A stretch of DNA of 64,000 nt from Paraphysomonas bandaiensis. Lineage: Eukaryota; Protista; Chrysophyceae. Shown piece by piece: positions 37,701 to 50,400 of this stretch (position 1 is the stretch's first letter; every line of letters begins with the position of its first letter). Location of the stretch: NCBI GenBank assembly GCA_965644295.1, contig CBFFRP010000645.1, forward strand, positions 1-64,000. Reading direction: 5' to 3'. The position numbers and the translations under genes are program-made. The notes below the pieces were generated by a model. That model made no database searches. It had not been told where the DNA came from and saw nothing but the letters and a program-made list of their open reading frames with translations.

Positions 37701-40262
37701 TGTGTTACATGCTCTATGCGTGTGTTACATGCTCTATGTGTGTGTTACATGCTCTATGTGTGTGTTACATGCTCTATGTGTGTGTTACATGCTCTATGTG
37801 TGTGTTACATGCTCTATGTGTGTGTTACATGCTCTATCTACACAGTTACATGCTCTATGCGTGTGTTACATGCTCTATGTGTGTGTTACATGCTCTATGT
37901 GTGTGTTACATGCTCTATGTGTGTGTTACATGCTCTATATGTGTGTGTTACATGCTCTATGCGTGTGTTACATGCTCTATGTGTGTGTTACATGCTCTAT
38001 GTGTGTGTTACATGCTCTATGTGTGTGTTACATGCTCTATGTGTGTGTTACATGCTCTATGTGTGTGTTACATGCTCTATGCGTGTGTTACATGCTCTAT
38101 GTGTGTGTTACATGCTCTATGTGTGTGTTACATGCTCTATGTGTGTGTTACATGCTCTATGTGTGTGTTACATGCTCTATGTGTGTGTTACATGCTCTAT
38201 CTACACAGTTACACGCTCTATCAACCCAGTTATATGCTCTATCTACACAGTTACATGCTCTATGTGTGTGTTACACGCTCTATCTACACAGTTACATGCT
38301 CTATGTGTGTGTTACATGCTCTATGCGTGTGTTACATGCTCTATGCGTGTGTTACATGCTCTATGTGTGTGTTACATGCTCTATCTACACAGTTGCATGC
38401 TCTATATGTGTGTGTTACATGCTCTATCTACACAGTTACATGCTCTATCTACACAGTTACATGCTCTATCTACACAGTTACATGCTCTATGTGTGTGTTA
38501 CATGCTCTATGTGTGTGTTACATGCTCTATCTACACAGTTACACGCTCTATCAACCCAGTTATATGCTCTATCTACACAGTTACATGCTCTATGTGTGTG
38601 TTACACGCTCTATCTACACAGTTACATGCTCTATGTGTGTGTTACATGCTCTATGCGTGTGTTACATGCTCTATGTGTGTGTTACATGCTCTATGTGTGT
38701 GTTACATGCTCTATGTGTGTGTTACATGCTCTATATGTGTGTGTTACATGCTCTATGCGTGTGTTACATGCTCTATGTGTGTGTTACATGCTCTATGTGT
38801 GTGTTACATGCTCTATGTGTGTGTTACATGCTCTATGTGTGTGTTACATGCTCTATGTGTGTGTTACATGCTCTATGCGTGTGTTACATGCTCTATGTGT
38901 GTGTTACATGCTCTATGTGTGTGTTACATGCTCTATGTGTGTGTTACATGCTCTATGTGTGTGTTACATGCTCTATGTGTGTGTTACATGCTCTATCTAC
39001 ACAGTTACACGCTCTATCAACCCAGTTATATGCTCTATCTACACAGTTACATGCTCTATGTGTGTGTTACACGCTCTATCTACACAGTTACATGCTCTAT
39101 GTGTGTGTTACATGCTCTATGCGTGTGTTACATGCTCTATGCGTGTGTTACATGCTCTATGTGTGTGTTACATGCTCTATCTACACAGTTGCATGCTCTA
39201 TATGTGTGTGTTACATGCTCTATCTACACAGTTACATGCTCTATCTACACAGTTACATGCTCTATCTACACAGTTACATGCTCTATCTACACAGTTACAT
39301 GCTCTATGTGTGTGTTACATGCTCTATCTACACAGTTACATGCTCTATATGTGTGTTACATGCTCTCTCTACACAGTTACATGCTCTATATGTGTGTGTT
39401 ACATGCTCTATCTACACAGTTACATGCTCTATCTACACAGTTACATGTTCTATATGTGTGTTACATGCTCTATGTGTGTGTTACATGCTCTATCTACACA
39501 GTTACATGCTCTATCTACAGTTACATGCTCTATCTACACAGTTACATGCTCTATGTGTGTGTTACATGCTCTATCTACACAGTTACATGCTCTATCTACA
39601 CAGTTACATGCTCTATGTGTGTGTTACATGCTCTATGTGTGTGTTACATGCTCTATCTACACAGTTACATGCTCTATGTGTGTGTTACATGCTCTATCTA
39701 CACAGTTACATGCTCTATGTTTGTGTTACATGCTCTATGTGTGTGTTACATGCTCTATCTACACAGTTACATGCTCTATGTGTGTGTTACATGCTCTATC
39801 TACACAGTTACATGCTCTATGTGTGTGTTACATGCTCTATCTACACAGTTACATGCTCTATATGTGTGTGTTACATGCTCTATCTACACAGTTACATGCT
39901 CTATCTACACAGTTACATGCTCTATGTGTGTATGTGTCAGTCACCAATGGGGTACAGGTGCTCCTGATTTTTCCCCTCGACCATCTGTAGCTAAGAGATT
40001 ATATTGTGAGGCAATTGGAGGGGACACGAATGAGTCGATCGACACCGACTCACAACCGAATAATAAACGAGTGTGTCGACCAGATGGAGAGAAGAAAACT
40101 GCTGTTGATATTGCGGCGTTTGCTGCTGCATTGAAGAAAGAGCGTGAAAATGCTGATTCTTTTACCGAGAAGCTGTTCGACATTTTAACTGTCAATATGC
40201 ACTCTAAACGTGATGCCAAAGCGAAGGACAACGTCGAATACAATACAGCTGATAGTAAATAG
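34721..40262 (+). CDS. Orphan hypothetical protein (~141 aa); predicted exons 34721-34841 and 39958-40262
   Basis: Non-repetitive ATG-initiated 40 codons end at G|gtgaac. A phase-matched tacag|gt acceptor at 39957 continues into a charged, non-repetitive frame (GAPDFSPRPSVAKRL...AAALKKERE...*). No family recognised. Confidence 0.5.
34848..39930. repeat. ~5.1-kb minisatellite of 20-22-bp units (gttacatgctctat + gtgtgt or ctacaca)
   Basis: Roughly 250 tandem units (length divided by unit size) are directly visible. Confidence 0.99.
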
Positions 40263-40811
40263 TACAACGAGTAGTAAGGTCAAGCAGTGTGTATATTTTA
40301 AGAGCTTTGCTTTTTCACGTTGTGACAGATATGTCGCCGTATATATCATTAGTTTCGGTCAATTCGTAAATTGCTTATCCAGTTGTTACCGTAATATATA
40401 ATTGTAATATTCCAGTCGAAAAAAGTACCAGTGGTTTGTCGTTATTTTGTGGAAGTGTATATGTAATAGTTTCTACGTAAGACTGGTGAATGAATCTATG
40501 TAGGGAAGAGTACTACCAATATACAGTAAATCACGTATACCTTAAAATACATTACACACGTGAATAGAAGATACAACGAAATGGCAATTGACTAAATTAT
40601 TATTAGACAATGTAAGATACGTTGCTATGTGATTGGTTCTGTTGAGTTCTGCAGTATGATTGAAGTGCGCAATAGGTGAAATCTACACATAGGTGTGACA
40701 GGTATATAGTTGCAGAGGAAGTAAATTCAGTCACTGATATGTGACAATACATGATATAGGAGTGATTGGTGAGAATATGATAACATAAACATATGTTGCT
40801 GATAACAGATG

Positions 40812-40955
40812 TAGAGCGAAAGTGGTTGCACCTTGGTGCATGCGGAGACGCACAAGCAGCTTTCGTATCGTTAGAAAGAGGGATATCATAGTTAAGCATT
40901 AGTTAAATTAGTTTGCTACATTAGTTCTGACTTTTACTAGTAATAAGGCATTCAC
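40812..40955 (+). mobile_element. Dispersed repeat family A, copy 4
   Basis: tagagcgaaagtggttgcaccttggtgcatgcggagacgcacaagcagctttcg...ggatatcatagttaagca...cattcac. Confidence 0.85.
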
Positions 40956-41404
40956 TACATCAGATGTTACATGAATATGTTGTGAAGTATTTGGATTAAT
41001 AACTATAATTCTTACTTGAAAGTGCGTCGTGTGTAAAACAAAGCATGGTCAAGGCTTACGTCTAAGTAAGTTAAACTTCAGTGTAATGCCCGATTCTAAC
41101 ATGGCAGCAAGTGACAGTTCGGATGAGAAGGCGAAGGAGGACAGCAAGAAGTTTGACAAGTATCAGGCTGAGGTATCAGCTCAGAAAATCAAAATTCATC
41201 TAATGAAGAATGAATATTCACGATTATGTCTTTCTAGTAACACTGAAATCACTATGTCTAACAAAATTATTATCATAAATACACTAGCTGAATTTGTTAC
41301 AATTAATTTCTACATATAATATACTGATCGCTAGTAAGAGCACGAGATAAGAACTGCCCCATTTAGCACAACAATCAACCACTGTGTTGCATATAACAAA
41401 CACT

Positions 41405-44400
41405 TTACACCACAGAGATTTCAATCTCACTGGTGGACTGCAATGGACCACCTTGTCCAATGTACCCACCATCATCTACCTCAATCTTTATACTATCCAG
41501 GAGACCAGGAATACATCCACTCTCCCCACTGCATATATATTTCAAAGACGCTAGGGCCGTATTGATCTTGTCAATCGGACCATATATCTCTAATACTCTC
41601 TTGGAATCCACTATCATGTCAGTGCTCGATACCAATAAGGAGACATCGTCGGTTTGTTCAAAATAAACGTAACCCACTCCCGCCGATACCTTTGCAGTCA
41701 CTGGTGGCAGCTGTTCAAATCCAAACGAGTCGGTCAGCTGACTGACATCATCAAAATCTGGGTCTGATAATGCCACAAAGTCGATTGACAAGACAGCATC
41801 CAATCGGGCGGTCACAAGACCCTCTCTGGTAATTGATATTTCAGGGGCTTGGTTTTTGCCCGTAACCACGATACGTATGCTAGCAGTGCTACTTCCACTG
41901 GCATCGCGGATGTTACACAGATCGGAAGATGCATTCGCAGAGGTTGGAGCATCTCTCATAGAAAGTGTTGGATCCGAAATACTTTCAAAACTAGTGCACT
42001 CAGGCAAAGTGTCTTCTGCAGTAATTGTAAGAATCGCATCACCAACGGTAAGAGTTCCATTAGGCGGGAAATAATACAGTGTCCGCAGCATTATGTTAAT
42101 ATTTCCTAAAGTCCCAGATAGCACAAAACGTGACGATATCAGTGGGCCAGGAATAGTTGCGAGCACTTCCTCCGATGGCAACGGAGTTTTAGCAGTCGCT
42201 TGCAGCGGCTCCGCATATAAACTAACAATTTCTTGCATCGATTTCGATTGTCGTAAATACTTCAGTATGCGTTCGACGAACGCTTCATACTCTTCCCTCT
42301 CATCTTCTTCTTGCACAGTGTCAATACTTTTCGTGGTCCATCTTGTGCTATCCCCTGCAAGTGTCTCCACGAAGTCCACTCGCTCTGGTTCACCCTCTAC
42401 ATAGTCTTTGAATGGTCGCATCATGAATTCATCGAATCCAGCACTCAAGGCGTAGTTACGTTCGAGCACAAAGGATAGACTCGGTGCAGTACCAACAATC
42501 ACAAGATGATCAGGCCGGGAAGTTTCTCTCTCCCAATGGCGAATCATTCTAACAGCCTGCAGGCCATCCCAACCCTCTGACACTTCCATGTCCATAATTA
42601 CTAAATCAAAGGGGTCAGAAGCGCTACTGGTTATTTCGTTGTAAGCTTCAAGACCATTTGAGGAATGCACGACACTGTGGCCAAGACCAATGAGAACCGA
42701 CGTAAGTAATATCCGATTGCTTAATTCACTATCAACCACCAAGATGTGCAATATACCCGTGCCTTCATCAACATCGGCGCTATCCATGTACACTGGAGCA
42801 AGAACTTTAGGAACAGCAGGCAGCACCAAGTATCCCTTATCCACCTCTAATGTCAAAGTAATCTCGTCTCCAGGGCGGCCATCGATATCTGTTACGACTG
42901 CTGCCTGGTCAATTCCTCGTATAGCTTCTTCGCTCTGAGACCTGAATCCCCCTCTTGATAGCGCAGTTTGAGAGTGTTCGCCTCCTCTACTGGCAGCTAC
43001 AAATAGTTCACTTCCTAACACCCCCATTCGAGACGGGAATGCAGCATCAAGGCTCTCGTGGTCGAAGTAGAGATCATTGGATGTGCGCTGGAACACCCGC
43101 TGAGTACCTTCATACGTACCATCTGTACGCCACAACTGAGAGCCTCCAAACCCTTCTTCGGAGTCCACGCCTTCGACATACAGCCCATCTGTCGCAGTAA
43201 AAAACAAGTACTCGCTTTCATCGTGACCCATACTAGTCGGATGAATCAATGGCACAGTGGTCATATGTGATGGCACACTACTCGGTCTACCTTTACGGAT
43301 GTCTCGCACCTGCTGAGTTCCTGAGGGTGAGCCGTCAGATGCCCACAGTTCCCTTCCAGTGCTTCCATCATCAGCTTGGAAATAAAGCTTTCCTCGAAAC
43401 CATGTGAGATACTTGGGGTTTGAACCACTTATGCCAGGATTAATATCTTTTACCATGGTTGTACCTGATGTTGTGCCATCAGACTGCCACAGCTCATAAC
43501 CAGATGATGCAGTAGTGGCAGCAAAATATACAGGAAGAATAGGGTCGTTATCAACGTTTCTTGATGCCTCAAACCCATATGGACTTGAACTCTTACCACC
43601 CAATGCAATATCTACCCAACCTAGTGGCACAACACGTCCGCCGTTGGAACGTCTCCCTCCGCCTTCTCCGGGCCTATGCATGAACCACAGTTCGCGGCCC
43701 GATTCAGGATGAGTGGCGGAGAAAAACATCAGATGGCCTGCCACAGTCATGTACTTCGGATCGGATCCTGTTGATCCCTCGTACATCCCATCAGCCACAA
43801 GTGATACCAGCTCCGCCTGCCCGATGGACTCCCCTTTCGTTCTCCATAGCTCTCTGCCGGTATCACGACTGTTAGCTGAGAAGTACAAGTACTGATCAAA
43901 TGATGTAAGGTATTTTGGGTATGAGCCCGCAGTGCCTCTATAGACATCATCCAGTCGATAAGTGCCTTCAACTGTGCCATCCGTACGCCAGAGCTCGTTG
44001 CCAGTGTACTGCCTACATTCTTGGCCGCTACACGCTGCTAACAAAGAATTGGGAGTTCCACCTGCAACACACACAATCCCTGCGAAGTCAACTTCCCGCA
44101 ATACCTCAAGCGACGGTTCCACATCCGGACGTATGGAATCGCCCCTCCCAGCATGTTTATAAGCTAAAGTTTCACGCGAATCAGAGAATAAGAAATGAGT
44201 TCGCCTTACCCCACCCCACATATAGCCCTCCCACCCACACTTATTGACGTAAACAGATGATTCATACTCATGTCCCACTGCGGTCGCCTTTTCGAATTCA
44301 CCGTGGTCTCGAAACTCTTGGATACCCTGTCTCTCACCTCTTTCGCTGTACCCATATGAATGCCACATGTGCTCATGATCATGGTCATAATATGAAGTGA

Positions 44401-47400
44401 ATATCTTTTGGGCCTCATCAGTTGATGCCCAGTGATATCCGACCGGACAATCATACACTCGATCTGGGTTCCACACACTTGTATTTGATACCGCGTAATA
44501 GACCGCATGGTTAAACGTACTCTGACGAAATCCTTCACATTCGTCGAATGTGTCCGCGTTCTGCATCCATTGAATGTCGACACCATCCGCGCCAAAGTAG
44601 AGCACACCATTATGAGTCGTAAGAAAACTGGGTACAGACTCACGAACACCGGGGTTAATATCCATAAAGAGTGAGGCCACGTTAGGGAGCTTCGTGGAAC
44701 TATCACCAGAGGAAACGCTGTCACTTGACGACATACTCGAGTCCTGCCGCCACAACTCCCTACCACGGATACCATCATTTGCCTGGAAATACAGGAAACC
44801 ATTGTATTCAACAAAGTATTTCGGATACGAACTTCTCTCTCCAGGATATATATCAGAGGCCAAAGCCGTACTCCACTCAAGCTTTCCCACACCCCAATCT
44901 TCACGGTCAAACGGCTTGTGTGGTTCCTGAAACTTCCACACCTCGAATCCACTGCTGAGACGGCTATCATAACTCGATCCTACTAAACTGTTATCGATGT
45001 TAAGGTTACTGACTCCGTTAATTCGGATGAAATCGCCCTCAAAGACAGTGAAAATCGAGACTGCAGTCGAGTCGTCCCCAGTAGTGATGATAGGTGGATC
45101 ATTTTTCGGGTTGACGATAACACGGATATACCTCACATCTCCTGTCTGCTCTTCATCAACTATATCCGAGTTTGATACTGTTATGTACAAACCAGCGGAT
45201 CGACCAAAATAGTTTTCTGAAGGCTGAAACCCTATTGCACTTAATGCAACGTTGACAACAGATAATGGCGCGCGTATCGTAATATCATCAGGCTCGTTGT
45301 TATCCAGTATCAACCCTTCGAACCCACTTGACACCCCACTTCCTGATGCCGCACTGTGCTCCTGCAAGCCGACCATGTGAACTGAACCGAATGCCGCCCT
45401 AATATTGAGTCGTATGACGCCATCATTCGCAACTTCATCAATTGCACGTACAGAGGACCCCCTTATCACCAGCAGATCGGAGTCCTCATCCATGTACAAA
45501 GCATTTGTATCAACAACAAGTGCAGAGAGCATATCGGCTGACATACGATGAGAGTCGTAAATCTCGCCTGGTACATGCAACACAGGATTGTCCTGAACCG
45601 CTTGCACGTGAATTCGAACCAATTTTGTTACAGATACTATATTCGAGGCATTACCCAAATCTTCGACGGTAATATTCAAAATATCGAATTCATCATTGAG
45701 AGCAGAGTTCCAATTAATATCTGGTTGGTAAATCAGAGAGTCAACAGCCTTGTTAATGTCATGCAATCTCCCCTCAAAAGTAACGCTCTTCCACCAAATG
45801 TAGGTATCAGCAACAGAATGGCGAGGATTGTCCTCCGTGGTGTCCTTGCTATTAACGCCAGTATAACGTTTTCTTTCCGCGAGAGTTCCAGATATTGGAA
45901 GCTGGCTCAGTCTGGAACGCTCCTCGGTTGTATTGGGGGTGTTTATCACAGATAGACCACTTAGAGAAATAGGCATGACAGCCCCATAGTTAGTCGATAA
46001 GTACATGCGCAACATGCCACTCTCTTGTTCACGATAAACTGATTCGTTCCAACTTACGGTTTCATCAAATGGGTCATGACGCTTGTAGGTCGGTGGTCCA
46101 TCAATAACCTCGGTGTAGTCCGCATCTGACACTCGAATATCTGGAATCACTATGCGGCTGTCTTCCATAACGTGCTGAAGCTGTGTAGGTGCATATAAAA
46201 CCGGGGCATCATCTACGGGCAAAACTCTGAGAGGAATAGTCTCATTCGACCACTTTGCACCACCAACACCATAGTTTCCACGGTCATTGACGTAAACGGA
46301 CAAGTAGTCAGGACCATAATAATCCGTATATGGTTTGTATTCCAGTGATGAGAGACATGTATTTAGTTCCTCTAGTGTCCCATACACAGAAATATTTCCT
46401 TTGTTTTGGGTGCTTACGAGTACCACAAGACCATTCGCTGGAGCTGTCGGTAAGAAAACGGTTCCGTGTTGGACAGAGATCACAAGAAGAAAAACGGCCC
46501 CTGAATTGTAGGCATCGATATCGTCGTCATGAACTGAAATACCTGATATATTGGAAACTACATCTTCAAGAAGATCAATTGTCCTTATGCTCTCTATGAC
46601 CCGGCATGTGTTCTCTTTAGGTGGCAATTGTGTCATTTTCGTGATACTCACTCGACCAATTCCACTTTCACAAGGAGACTCTTTAGTAACAGCACCTGGA
46701 ACAACGATATAGGGGACGTTATTGGGACCTTCAGATACTGTTATAAACATATCCACAGAGTCTGTCAGCGATATTTTCTCCACCCCTTCATATATGCTGT
46801 TGTTGCTAAGGTCGGTCAAGAAATCACTGTGTCCAAGGTCGTCGACAAAAAAATGAAGAGAGTCCAACAAACCCAACTTGGCGTAATTCCAGTGCGGAAG
46901 GGGATAGTAGATTAAATGCGACACCGCAATATTTAGCTGCTCTACTGGCCCTTTCAAATGAGTTTCCTTATCCATTTCTCCTGAGCCGACAAGTAGCGTC
47001 ACATTCGATGGGAGAGTAGGAAATGTTACCCATCCGTAATCAACAGATATCCGCATAAATATGTCATGATCATAAGAGTCAACATCATCAAGAGAGATAT
47101 GCGACCCTACAAGGAGACTTTCGTCTTCCCCAGTGCTGAGAGATGCCTGGAGGCTGGTCCACACAGGAGCATCATTTATAGAACGGATCTCCATAGGTAG
47201 CAATTTCGTGTCACAAAAACTTTCCAGATTTTGCGTGTTTTCGCAGACTTTGACTGATATACTATCATCACCAAAAAAATTCTTATCTGGAGTGTACATA
47301 AGTTGGTCGATCATAGAATTAAGTGTCTCAATTTGAAATCCGATTAGTGACACAGTTCTCCCGTCAGTGTAGGCGTTGATAAGTCTGGCGACAGTGTAAT

Positions 47401-50400
47401 TGGCGGTACTTATCGAACCATGATATGAAGTAATCGTAACCTCCCATGCGTGACGTTTCACCAAGCCAAAGTCGTCCCCATACTCGTCAATATCGGATAT
47501 ATATATTTCTCCCAGCTCATAGGAAGTATCTTCATCAATGTACACTGTTGGTACATGGATGACATCCCACGGCATATTCTCACTCGACGTAATAAGCGGC
47601 TCCAATAGCTCCATTCCGGGAAGATGAACACACGCGTAATCATTAGTGGGGTTGACTCTCACTAATATCTCTGCATTGGACATAGCTTCATCGCCAAAGT
47701 CATTCATGTGTAATACATCGACAGCAACAATGTTGATTCGCGCCAGAGAACCCGAATCCTTGCTGTTAAAATTACGTGAAGGCGAAAATATGATACCACC
47801 AAGAGCACTATTGATATCGTTCAGCTTGCCTTTAAACTTAATGTAGGAACTAGCAATCCCCTTTCCAATTAGAAACTCTAACGACAACGGAACTTCCTCA
47901 AAACTGATCACGCCATGAGGAGAGCTTACTGTAATTTCAATTAACTTCTGACCACTACTATGTGTCCTTGGCAAAGTATTGGGTAGGTGCCATCCCCGTG
48001 AACCCTCGGGATCATCACCATCTGACACATGTATCCCACTTATGAAAACTGCTTCATCTTCATACACTGCAAAAATATCATCCGGTGTTACTATAGTGGG
48101 TGTGTCAGGCTTCCCCCTAACATTAACTGGCAACACTATCCTATCAGTGAGTTCACAAGAGGAGCTATATTTCGATTCTCTCGCATAATCACACAACGGA
48201 CCCAAACCCGTATTCCCCAAATCATTAATGGTTATAACGATTTCGTCTGATCCGAAATATTCGGCATTTGGAAGGTAGTACAGCCCATCTAAAGCTACGC
48301 TTGTGTAATCCACACTGAATGTGAGTTCAAGAATGGAAAAAAGGTTGTGGTTGCTGTGCTCCACAATCGTAAATGGGACAGAAGACGCTGAATAATCCAC
48401 CCCAAAAGTACCATTCATAGCGTACAGTGACAACTTCATTTCTCCATTATTTGCCTCCATAGCATCAACGTCACGGACATGTATTCGGGAGATTGCACAC
48501 CTTGAGTCTTCCACACAAAGAAGCGGCGTCACATCGATAACACTGCGTGACAGTTGGTCGTATTCAGCCATGAGAAAATCATGAATAGCAAGATTATCTA
48601 TACCAACTACTGGAGGGTCATTAGCCGGCTCAACAATAATATCAACGTAGCTCTCATCACTCAGAAAACCAGCATCCGTGGCAGTGATTTTAATCATATC
48701 CAGTGTGGTTATACCACGAACTGCGGCATCTCTGTTTCCTGTGCCTGAATTCCAATTCAGGTCTGGGATATATAACATATGTTGAAGAGCCACATTCACA
48801 TCGCCCAACGGCCCTCTCATCACAATATAATCATCATGCAATCCAGAACCGTAGTCGAAAGAAATCGTGTCAGGCACTCTGTACAGCGATAATTTACCGT
48901 GTGAAGTATTCAGAGTAACAACAACAGTTGAATCAATAATACTTCCATTCGGAGACACCAGATTCGAAGCATACTTAAGGAAATCAATCGATCCTTTATC
49001 AGCATAGGTCGTGTTATATATGGGGTCATTGTTCAAGGGATTACGGCCTATATTCTCAGTGTTTCGAAGAATATATCTGTCACGCTGCGTTACAAGTGCT
49101 ATATCCGGGTCATGTATTCTAAAGGAAAGAGCCGACATGTTTACGACTTCTTCAGATCGCACACCTACGGCAGTAGATACTTCACGCACAACATCTTCAG
49201 ATACACTTCCAATTATACCAGTTGAGTCCTCCATTGTTAGAAGAGCTGAAAACGATGGAAGGGCTATATGTGGACGATCATTAACGGCATCTACCTCAAG
49301 AACTATTTTTCTCGTCAAGTGCCTTGGCCCACCGAAGCCAATATTACCTAAATCGTTAATGGTAATCTCAAAGACGTCGTTCCCAAACCAATTCATATCC
49401 GAGGTATATGTCAGTGTTCGAAGCACGGATATCAACTGGTGGTACCTTCCATGTAAACATATTTCTCTGAATCCTACCATCTCTCCTTCGTAAAAGACAG
49501 GAGTATTCGATATGATGGAAATTGAGCCCAGATCGGACACTTCCAGGGTGCCATATTGCACTGACAATGTTGCATTGAACATGTTTCCGACTATTGAATT
49601 ACGATTAGTATAATCATCTGAGAGCCATGACCCATACTTCGCCCAAGAAGCGGTCAGCATAACTTCATTTTCAACATTGTATATATCAATATCGGGGTCA
49701 TCGATTGCGAAGTCATGCCCAAGAGAGTATGTCTCGTCTTCTCTCAAATAGGCGACTCCAACATCCCACGAAGTTTCGTTATCATACAACACTCCCAGTG
49801 CTGCCGATTGAAGATGAATCACAGGCGGATCATTCAAGGGTAGAATGTGAACTAACAACTTTTTATTTACAGCAGCGGAGGTTTCGTTGTCAATAGCGGA
49901 CACATGACCATCCCACGCAGAAATACGTATGTAGTCATAGCCATTCGCATTTGTTGCCGGCATATACTTCAAGGTAGACAGCAGGAGGTTGACCTCAAGC
50001 AAGTCACCGGCAACAATCAATGCACCCCCGTCTACAGCTAAGCTTCCGTTGTCTTGATCGGTAGGTATCGGTTGTCCACGACTAATTGTAACGCTAGCAG
50101 CAGAGCCAATATTCGGGCTCTCTCGCTGCACGCTAACGGTTCCACGATCACATGTGATTAGAACTGTAAGTTGTCCCTCGCCAGAGTCGATATCTTTGAT
50201 CTGAATGCCGTGCTGTACAACTTTTCTGTGAGGATCTATACCACCCATGCTACCTACAATAATCATGCCTTCAGTCGACATAGCAGTCATATCACTCTCA
50301 GTGCCACCCCCAAAGAGAATAAACTCACCACCTAGTCGAACGTCAGTATCCTCGTATATAACGAGAGTATGTCCGTCACGCAATGGGGTTTCTCGCCACA

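Noticed and set aside
34848-39930. CRISPR-like array (constant gttacatgctctat with a variable part)
   Set aside because: The variable part is only 6-8 nt with a few recurring variants. There are no unique spacers or cas genes, and the context is eukaryotic.
34721-40262. Three overlapping 1,700-1,830 aa Cys/Val/Met-rich ORFs
   Set aside because: They are translations of a stop-free 20-22-bp tandem repeat in all three frames. Only the unique flanks look coding.
41029-41319. Short charged ORF (MAASDSSDEKAKEDSKKFDKY...)
   Set aside because: It may be a gene or TE fragment, but it is short, degrades into AT-rich sequence and matches nothing I recognise.
4459-42751. Histidine kinase and REC-bearing giant protein as an operon-like pair
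   Set aside because: They are 35 kb apart, separated by unrelated housekeeping genes in a eukaryotic genome, and the kinase has its own REC.
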